From Candidatus Latescibacterota bacterium (lineage in GTDB: Bacteria; Latescibacterota; UBA2968): a DNA stretch of 64,000 nt. The position numbers were made by a program, and so were the translations under genes. Positions 56,895 to 64,000 of the stretch are shown in pieces; position 1 is the first letter of the stretch, and each line of letters starts with the position of its first letter. Location of the stretch: positions 4,832,001-4,896,000 of the forward strand of contig OZ242195.1 in the NCBI GenBank assembly GCA_965205975.1, given 5' to 3'. The notes beneath the pieces were generated by a model. It was not told the origin of the DNA. It made no database searches and worked only from the letters and a program-made list of their open reading frames with translations.

Positions 56895-59600
56895 TTAATA
56901 GTACGTCGTGACGGGGCCTGCTGATACGGGATCGACTTTCGCGGGGTCGATGCCGAGTTCGTCGATGGCTGTGGCGACTTGTTCGCGTTTGATTTTCCCC
57001 TGTTTTGCCAGGACGTGAAGCGCGGCCACAGCGATGCACTCGGCGTCAACTTCAAAATGCCGGCGCAGAGCCTGGCGCGTGTCGCTGCGCCCAAATCCAT
57101 CTGTGCCGAGGACCATCATGTCTTCGGGTACCCAGGGGCGGATCATTTCGGGCAGGGATTTCATGTAATCGGATGCGGCAACGATCGGCCCATCGGTTTT
57201 TTCGAGTACTTTGACGATATACGGCTTTTTCTTGCGCCGCGTTGGGTGCAGCATGTTCCACCGCTCGGTCTCAAGCGCGTCCCGCCGCAATTCCTTGTAT
57301 GAAGTGACGCTCCACACGTCTGCGGAAATATTGTATTCGGCGGCGAGGATTTCTTGCGCGCGCAGGGTTTCGCGAAGGATGGATGCACTGCCAAAGAGCT
57401 GAACTTTGTGCTGGCCCTGTTGCATTTCGTGCTCTTTGAGCGAATAAATGCCTTTTACAATGCCTTCTTCAACGCCTTTGGGCATGGGGGGGTGTTCGTA
57501 GTTTTCATTGCCCAGAGTCATGTAGTAATAGACATCTTCCTGTTCCTGGTACATGCGTCGGATGCCGTCCTGGATGATGATGGCAATTTCGTAAGCATAG
57601 GCCGGGTCGTAGGCAATACAGTTGGGAACAGATGAGGCCAGAATGTGGCTGTGTCCGTCTTCGTGCTGGAGACCTTCGCCGTTGAGCGTGGTGCGCCCGG
57701 CTGTTCCGCCCAATAAAAAGCCTTTGCAGCGGATATCGCCGGCCAGCCACATGAGGTCGCCCACGCGCTGAAAACCGAACATGGAATAGTAGATGTAGAA
57801 CGGGATGGTGTTGACGCCGTGCGTGGCATAAGCTGTGCCAGCGCAGATGAATGAGGACATGGCACCGGCTTCGTTGATGCCTTCTTCGAGTATTTGGCCG
57901 TCTTGCGCTTCTCGATAGTAGCTGATGTTGCCCGCGTCAACGGGTTCGTATATCTGCCCCATGTGCGAATAGATGCCGAGTTGCCGAAAGAGGGAATCCA
58001 TACCAAAGGTGCGGGCTTCGTCCGGGATGATGGGGACGAGTAGTTTGCCGATGTCTTTGTCGCGGGCGAGTTTGGCAAATAAACGCGCAAAGGCCATGGT
58101 CGTAGAAGCCTGGCGGTCACCTGTACCTTTGAAGGCTTCGTCGAATACGTCGCGCGAGGGTGCTTGAATGGGTTTGGCACGCACGCTTCGGGCGGGCAAA
58201 TATCCGCCGAGTTCGTTTCGACGTTGTTGCAGATACTGCATTTCAGGGCTGTCGTCGGGGGGACGATAAAAGGGTGCTTTGCCCACTTCGCTGTCGGAGA
58301 TGGGGATGTCAAAGCGGCGTTTGAAATCTCGCATCTCGTCTTCTTCGAGCTTTTTTTGCTGGTGGGTCATGTTGCGGCCTTCGCCAGCTTCGCCCAGACC
58401 ATAGCCCTTGATGGTTTTGGCCAGGATGACCGTTGGTGCACCTTTGTGTTCCACGGCGGCTTTGAAGGCGGCGTACACTTTTTCGGGATCGTGACCTCCG
58501 CGACGCAATTTTTGAAGTTGTTCATCCGAGAGATGTTCGACTATTTTGAGCAGGTCGGGATGAGTGCCAAAAAAGTCGCGGCGGATGTATTCGCCGGATT
58601 CGACGGTGTATTTCTGGTATTGACCATCGACGACTTCTTCCATGCGCTGCTGAAGCAGGCCCTGGGTGTCTTTTTCGAGTAGTGCGTCCCAATCGTCTCC
58701 CCATATAACTTTGATGACATTCCAGCCGGCGCCGCGAAAGACCTGTTCGAGTTCTTGAATGATTTTGCTATTGCCGCGCACGGGACCGTCGAGGCGTTGC
58801 AGGTTGCAATTGATTACAAAGATGAGGTTGTCGAGCTGTTCGCGGGTTGCCAGGCTGATGGCGCCGAGGGTTTCGGGTTCGTCTGTTTCGCCGTCGCCAA
58901 CGAAGACCCAGACTTTGGAATCGCGAGTCGATTTGAGGCCGCGGTCTTCAAGGTAGCGGTTGAAGCGGGCCTGGAAGATGCCCATGAGTGGGCCAAGTCC
59001 CATTGAGACGGTGGGAAATTGCCAGAAGTCGGGCATGAGATAGGGATGGGGATAGGAAGACAGGCCGCCGGGATTGCGGAGTTCTCGACGGAAGTTTTCG
59101 AGGTGTTCGGTGCTTAGCCGGCCTTCGAGAAAGGCGCGGGCATACATGCCGGGTGAGGCATGGCCCTGGAAGAAGACCTGGTCCCCGGAGAAATCGCCAT
59201 TGGGCGCTTTGAAGAAGTGATTTTGACCCACTTCATATAGCGTGGCAGCCGATGCAAAGGTGGAGATATGACCGCCAATGCCATCGGCTTCTTTATTGGC
59301 ACGGGTGACCATGGCCATGGCATTCCAGCGCACGAGACTTTTGATGCGGCGCTCGATTTCGCGGTCGCCCGGATAGGGCAGTTGTTTGTCGCGTGGGATG
59401 GAGTTGATATAAGGCGTATGGGATGCGAAGGGTATGTCAACGCCCAGACTTTTTTCTGCTTCTTGTTCGAGGCGGTCGAGCAAATAGCGCACGCGCTCGG
59501 GGCCGCCGTGTTGCAGAACATAAGCCAGAGATTCGATCCATTCTTCGGTTTCGATAGGATCGGTATCGCGAAATGTACCTGGTGCGACAGAATCGGCCAT
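56895..59600 (-). CDS. aceE: Pyruvate dehydrogenase E1, homodimeric type
   Basis: DPIETEEW, QGHASPG, FPTVSMGLG, GDGETDE, NLQRLDGPV. Confidence 0.97.
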   Translation of the reverse strand: MADSVAPGTFRDTDPIETEEWIESLAYVLQHGGPERVRYLLDRLEQEAEKSLGVDIPFASHTPYINSIPRDKQLPYPGDREIERRIKSLVRWNAMAMVTRANKEADGIGGHISTFASAATLYEVGQNHFFKAPNGDFSGDQVFFQGHASPGMYARAFLEGRLSTEHLENFRRELRNPGGLSSYPHPYLMPDFWQFPTVSMGLGPLMGIFQARFNRYLEDRGLKSTRDSKVWVFVGDGETDEPETLGAISLATREQLDNLIFVINCNLQRLDGPVRGNSKIIQELEQVFRGAGWNVIKVIWGDDWDALLEKDTQGLLQQRMEEVVDGQYQKYTVESGEYIRRDFFGTHPDLLKIVEHLSDEQLQKLRRGGHDPEKVYAAFKAAVEHKGAPTVILAKTIKGYGLGEAGEGRNMTHQQKKLEEDEMRDFKRRFDIPISDSEVGKAPFYRPPDDSPEMQYLQQRRNELGGYLPARSVRAKPIQAPSRDVFDEAFKGTGDRQASTTMAFARLFAKLARDKDIGKLLVPIIPDEARTFGMDSLFRQLGIYSHMGQIYEPVDAGNISYYREAQDGQILEEGINEAGAMSSFICAGTAYATHGVNTIPFYIYYSMFGFQRVGDLMWLAGDIRCKGFLLGGTAGRTTLNGEGLQHEDGHSHILASSVPNCIAYDPAYAYEIAIIIQDGIRRMYQEQEDVYYYMTLGNENYEHPPMPKGVEEGIVKGIYSLKEHEMQQGQHKVQLFGSASILRETLRAQEILAAEYNISADVWSVTSYKELRRDALETERWNMLHPTRRKKKPYIVKVLEKTDGPIVAASDYMKSLPEMIRPWVPEDMMVLGTDGFGRSDTRQALRRHFEVDAECIAVAALHVLAKQGKIKREQVATAIDELGIDPAKVDPVSAGPVTTYY

Positions 59601-59856
59601 GGTAAAACCCCTTTGTTCTGGAGTGCAATTGAAATATACGCGCGTATCCAAATGTCTCTTCTGTGCGTGAAATTTACGAGGGATAATGAATTTTGTCAAA
59701 TGTATAGAATATTTCTGCGCGAGAGGAAGGCAAATTTTAAGGGAATGGATTTGTATAACATATTGTTAATTCGTAAAATGATGTTAATAGTTGACTGGTT
59801 GGTAAAGTATGATAAAAAAACAGGATGTCTTGCATTCTTCGGGGGGAGAGGAGGTA

Positions 59857-60249
59857 TTATGCGTCCGGTACTTGTTGTCCCCGATGGCAGGTCTGGCAGG
59901 TGATCTGCGTGAATTGTCCTTCTTTGAAGTCTTTGAGGATTTCGCCGTTGATTTTTTGTGTCATGGCGATCATGAGGCGCGCAACGTCTTTGCGGGGGTT
60001 TTCGTCTGATGCGAAGTCATAAGTGGATAGGGATTGGCCTTCTTCTCCTTTGTGGCAAGCGTGACAGCGCACGCCCAGTGCTTTGCTAAAGTCTTTCATG
60101 TACTGCATGAGTTGTGCTTTTTTGATGTCTTTGGGCAGGACTTTTAAGTTGGTGTAGGTGTCGGGAATTTGGGCGAAAGATGCGGTGACGATCAGAGAGA
60201 TGAGGGAACTGAGTGTGAGAATGAGTGCGATGAGTAGTGAGCGGTTCAT
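59857..60249 (-). CDS. Small secreted dihaem c-type cytochrome
   Basis: Signal peptide, CHACH and CQTCH; GGAGG before ATG 60249. Confidence 0.85.
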   Translation of the reverse strand: MNRSLLIALILTLSSLISLIVTASFAQIPDTYTNLKVLPKDIKKAQLMQYMKDFSKALGVRCHACHKGEEGQSLSTYDFASDENPRKDVARLMIAMTQKINGEILKDFKEGQFTQITCQTCHRGQQVPDA

Positions 60250-60260
60250 GGTGCCTCCTT

Positions 60261-61289
60261 TTATCTGTGATTTTCCAGCCATTGCAGTTGATTTGTGGGC
60301 GGAAAAGCGATGATGGGATTTTCGAGAGGTCCAATGCCTTCGAAGGTCATGCATACGCGATCGCCTTCGCGCAAGCCGCTTTCGAGGTCGTCGTCGGAAA
60401 AGACAATGGGTGTGCCCCAGTAGAGGATTTGCAGGGTGTCGGGTTCAAGGGGTAGGCGGGAAAAGAGCGATCGCTCGAGGTGAAAGAGGCCGTCGGGCAT
60501 GTTGAGATGGTTTTGTCCGGTATGCCCTTCTTTGTAGGCGATGCGCGTATTGTTGCGTATCACTTCGCATGAGACGGCTACGCTGCTGTCGTCATAAGCG
60601 GAGTCGGTGACCATCAGGGGGCCGAGGCTGGCGCAGCCGTGGGACCAGTTTTTGGCCTGGGGCAAGTTGAGCGGATTTTCGGCTTCAATGCCGTTGTCGG
60701 TGTAATCGTTGCCGCCGGTGTAGCCCAATCGTTCAATTTGACCTGTGGTGTTGAGGCCGTAAATGGTTACGAGTTCTGTTTCGGGTACAAGGCGTTGGGT
60801 GTTGTGGGGGTGCGATATACATCCGCCGTGTCTGACGAGGGCGGCAGTGTCGTTTTTGGCAAAGAGTTCGGGCGTGCCGCCCTGCGCGCATTCCCGGTAT
60901 TTTTGATCATACACGTTGACGGCGTCACCAGTGGCTTGTTTGGCTTCTATTTCGCGCAATTTGGCGCTGTCTTCATGGGTGACACCCGCCAGCCAGATCC
61001 GCAATTTGTGCGGTGCATCTGTCGGTGCAGTTACCGGGCTGATGAGGTGCGGTTGATTGGGGTCGTCCGTGTTGTTCAAGAGGTCGTCGAGTAAGAGGCG
61101 CGGCGCATTGCGGATATTGATTGATTCTACTGTGGATGCAATGCTATTTTTGTTGCCCCCGTGGCGATAGTAGAGGTCGTGAAGCGAAGCCGGGTGTGGG
61201 GCACAGGCTGTGAGGTCGAGAACATCGTCGCCTTTGACAAGTCCCAGGCGAGGTCCTTGTTCGGGTTGTGCGAATTGCAATAGTTTCAT
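60261..61289 (-). CDS. Fumarylacetoacetate hydrolase-family protein
   Basis: WLAGVTH, PELFAK, PETEL, GYTGGND, ENPLNLPQAK, LGP, GIGPLEN. Confidence 0.8.
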   Translation of the reverse strand: MKLLQFAQPEQGPRLGLVKGDDVLDLTACAPHPASLHDLYYRHGGNKNSIASTVESINIRNAPRLLLDDLLNNTDDPNQPHLISPVTAPTDAPHKLRIWLAGVTHEDSAKLREIEAKQATGDAVNVYDQKYRECAQGGTPELFAKNDTAALVRHGGCISHPHNTQRLVPETELVTIYGLNTTGQIERLGYTGGNDYTDNGIEAENPLNLPQAKNWSHGCASLGPLMVTDSAYDDSSVAVSCEVIRNNTRIAYKEGHTGQNHLNMPDGLFHLERSLFSRLPLEPDTLQILYWGTPIVFSDDDLESGLREGDRVCMTFEGIGPLENPIIAFPPTNQLQWLENHR

Positions 61290-61415
61290 TAGTTGCCTCG
61301 GTGATTGTGGGATGGGAAGACAAGAATAGTTATTATTGGGACACCTGTAAAGCAGATTTATCATTCGCGATTGCGCGTTTTTTTTTGCATATTGAGGTAA
61401 AAGGAGGCGGATCTT

Positions 61416-62195
61416 ATGGCAATAGCACTGATTACGGGCGCGTCGAGTGGTATTGGTTTGGAATTGGCGCGGGTGTTTGCGGCTGATGGGGTTGATGTGA
61501 TTTTGTCGGCGCGGTCCGAGGATAAGTTGCAGGCGCTGGCGAGAGAAGTGCAGGAGAAGTATGCTGTAAAAGCTGAGGTGATTGTGGCCGATTTGTCGGT
61601 GCCGGGCGAGGCAAAGAAGGTTTATGACCGGGTCGCGGAGATGGGATGGAATGTGGATTATCTGGTGAATAATGCCGGGTTTGGGGTTTATGGTTTTTAT
61701 GCGGAAACAGATTGGATGGCCGAAGCGGATATGTTGCAGGTGAATATTGTCGCTTTGACGCATTTGACTAAGTTGTTTTTGCCTGGTTTGATCGATAGGG
61801 GGCGGGGAAGAATTTTGAATGTGGCTTCGACTGCGGCGTTTCAGCCCGGTCCGAGGATGGCTGTGTATTTTGCGACTAAGGCGTATGTGCTGTCGTTTTC
61901 AGATGCGATTGCCAATGAGTTAAAGGGTACGGGTGTGAGCGTGACTGCGCTGTGTCCAGGGGCAACGGAGACGGGGTTTCAACGCGCTGCGGGTGCAACG
62001 GGTTCGCGTTTGTTTGATATGCGCGGATTGCCCACGGGTGCCGATGTGGCAAAATATGGGTATGGAGCTATGCAAAAGGGAAAGCGGGTCGCTATTCACG
62101 GGTTGGTCAGTAAGATACTGGCTTTTACCGTGCGCTTATTACCCCGACGGATTGTTGCCGCAACGACGAGAGCGTTGATTGCGAGGAGTGATTAA
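61416..62195 (+). CDS. SDR-family oxidoreductase
   Basis: TGASSGIG, NNAG, YFATK. Confidence 0.93.
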   Translation: MAIALITGASSGIGLELARVFAADGVDVILSARSEDKLQALAREVQEKYAVKAEVIVADLSVPGEAKKVYDRVAEMGWNVDYLVNNAGFGVYGFYAETDWMAEADMLQVNIVALTHLTKLFLPGLIDRGRGRILNVASTAAFQPGPRMAVYFATKAYVLSFSDAIANELKGTGVSVTALCPGATETGFQRAAGATGSRLFDMRGLPTGADVAKYGYGAMQKGKRVAIHGLVSKILAFTVRLLPRRIVAATTRALIARSD

Positions 62196-63484
62196 GCCAG
62201 TGCATCTGCCTGTGTGTGGCTCGCTGACAGGAAGCGGTCCAGTTGCAGGTGCTCGGCATGGTTGGAATTGAGGCGAACGCGCAGGTGTACGTCGTTGCCC
62301 TCATAATCCCGGGTCAGTATTTCGCTGTGGGTGTATAGTTGTGAGAGGAGTTTGCCTTCACTTTGTGGCACCTGAAGTTTTAGGGTGACCGCATCGGCAG
62401 CCAAAAAATCGCATATCCGATTTTTGACCGTGTCGAGATCAGCGGCGTCGAGCGCAGAAATTGCAAGCGCATTGGAATTTTTTGCGCAGCGTTTTGCAAT
62501 TTCTTTTTGTCGTTCAGAATCCGCGAGGTCCATTTTGTTATAGACAGTCAGAGCGGGTTTGTCGTCAATTTTGAGTTTTGTGAGGACTTCGCTGACTGTG
62601 ATCATTTGCATTTTGTATTGCGAATGGCTGGCATCGACAACGTGAAGGAGCAGGTCTGCCTGTACGGCTTCTTGTAATGTGGCGCGAAAGCATGCAAAGA
62701 GGTGGTGCGGTAAGCGGTTGATAAAGCCGATGGTGTCGGTGAGCAAGATGGGGCGATGGCTGTGGACATCGACGCTGCGCGTGGTGTTGGTCAAAGTGGC
62801 AAAAAGCTGATTTTCGACCAGAACATTTTCACCTGAAAGCCCGCGCATAAGCGTGGATTTGCCCGCGTTGGTATAGCCAACGAGCACAACGTTAAAACTA
62901 TGGCTGCGTCCTTTTCGGCTGGTGTCCATTTGACGTCTCACGCGTTTGAGGCTGTCGTAGAGGGCTTTCCCGCGCTGTTCGATCCACCTGCGGGTGGTTT
63001 CGGTATGTGTTTCACCCGATCCGAGGCCTGCGCGACGTTCTGCATGGGGATTAAACTGGCGAATGCGGGGGCGCAAATAACGCAGGTGAGCCATTTGTAC
63101 TTGAATTTGCGCGGTGCGTGTGCGTGCGTGTAAAGCAAAAATATCGAGGATGAGCAGGCTGCGGTCGAGGATGCGTACTCCAATGTCGGTTTCGAGGTTG
63201 TGCATTTGCGAGGGCGAAAGGTCATTGTCAAAGATGATCGCGTCGATATCTCCCTTTTTGGCCATTTCTCGAAGTTCGTCGATTTTGCCCGAACCGATAT
63301 ATGTGGCTGGATCGGGTTTGTCGCGATTTTGCAATGTGCGATCAATTACCTCAAAGGTGGCAGTGCTGGCCAGGTGCGCGAGTTCTTCGAGAGATTCTCT
63401 GGCGCTGCGTGTGGAGATACCGCGTTGCGCCACCCCAACGAGAACAGCACGTCGTATGCCCTGTGCGTCAAAGATATGATCCAT
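62192..63484 (-). CDS. hflX: Ribosome-splitting GTPase HflX
   Basis: YIGSGK, ILDIF, GYTNAGKST, DTIGF, NKMD. Confidence 0.9.
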   Translation of the reverse strand: MDHIFDAQGIRRAVLVGVAQRGISTRSARESLEELAHLASTATFEVIDRTLQNRDKPDPATYIGSGKIDELREMAKKGDIDAIIFDNDLSPSQMHNLETDIGVRILDRSLLILDIFALHARTRTAQIQVQMAHLRYLRPRIRQFNPHAERRAGLGSGETHTETTRRWIEQRGKALYDSLKRVRRQMDTSRKGRSHSFNVVLVGYTNAGKSTLMRGLSGENVLVENQLFATLTNTTRSVDVHSHRPILLTDTIGFINRLPHHLFACFRATLQEAVQADLLLHVVDASHSQYKMQMITVSEVLTKLKIDDKPALTVYNKMDLADSERQKEIAKRCAKNSNALAISALDAADLDTVKNRICDFLAADAVTLKLQVPQSEGKLLSQLYTHSEILTRDYEGNDVHLRVRLNSNHAEHLQLDRFLSASHTQADALA

Positions 63485-63530
63485 GTTGTCTCCTGAGTTT
63501 TAGTTATATTCATAATAATAAGGTGAAGAT

Positions 63531-64000
63531 ATGTTGATGCAAAGCGAAATCGCCGGGATAGGACGGCGTCTGTTGGCAACGGTGTTGGATTTTGTGATTT
63601 TGCACCTGGTGCTGACGGTGGTTCTGCGCAATATGCTGCTGTCGCCTGCGGGGGTGTGGATGGTGGATTTTATTTTTATTGTGATATATTCAGCGATATT
63701 TGTGGGGCTTATGGGTCAGACGCCGGGCAAGATGTTGTTGAGATTGCGCGTGATTGATGCCCACGGTGGCGGGTTGAATTATGTGCAGACGTTTCGACGT
63801 GCGATGGTGAAATGGTCGCCGGTTTTTGTGCTGTTTATTGTGATGGCTCTGTTGACGCCAGAGGAGGTGTACCAGCGTCCCGCGGATGGAGAAGTGATGG
63901 ATACCGTTGAAGTTGATGCGCAATCGGCTGTGGCTTCATCTACTGCGATGGTGATCGGTACGGTGGGGTGGTTGGTGTTGATTCACATGGCGCGCCGCCA
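63531..64000 (+). CDS. RDD-family membrane protein, runs off the window end (not in ORF track)
   Basis: Hand translation: AGIGRRLLATVLDFVI...GQTPGKMLLRLRVID. Confidence 0.8.
   Translation, partial: MLMQSEIAGIGRRLLATVLDFVILHLVLTVVLRNMLLSPAGVWMVDFIFIVIYSAIFVGLMGQTPGKMLLRLRVIDAHGGGLNYVQTFRRAMVKWSPVFVLFIVMALLTPEEVYQRPADGEVMDTVEVDAQSAVASSTAMVIGTVGWLVLIHMARR

Noticed and set aside
59857..60249. Cytochrome as evidence of photosynthesis
   Set aside because: Only a small dihaem protein; no reaction-centre or bacteriochlorophyll genes
61290..61763. N-terminal extension of the 500-aa ORF 60261..61763
   Set aside because: Overlaps the SDR on the opposite strand; FAH-like sequence begins at ATG 61289 after GAGG

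Overview
Bacterial chromosomal window with about 60 CDS and two tRNAs (Arg-ACG, Glu-CTC). Housekeeping genes are ssb, ilvD, aceE-aceF-lpdA, hflX, mug and a uridine kinase. They sit among a large catabolic repertoire: 8 PhyH-like Fe(II)/2OG dioxygenases, 5 Gfo/Idh/MocA oxidoreductases, 3 sulfatase-fold proteins, 3 SDRs, a BVMO and a MaoC/CitE/CoA-transferase trio. This profile resembles marine or sponge-associated Latescibacterota/Poribacteria-type organisms (inference only). Accessory content: (i) a 134-aa chimera of an ECF sigma region 2 fused in frame to the C-terminus of a sliding-clamp (DnaN)-like domain, behind an ECF-type promoter; (ii) a 34.4-38.9 kb TA/defence patchwork with an Rpn gene carrying an internal RBS+ATG, an antitoxin-like/HhH-[4Fe-4S] glycosylase fusion, an AAA-PD(D/E)XK protein and three gene remnants; (iii) an AT-rich Panacea + PemK-like islet at tRNA-Glu with a degenerate att copy and an operator-overlapped promoter; (iv) two PIN-type TA pairs; (v) a sulfatase with Thr at the formylglycine position; (vi) several REP/MITE families and inverted octamer arrays. 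No CRISPR array, rRNA, integrase or intact DDE transposase was seen. All family calls come from motif recognition by eye, not from database searches.
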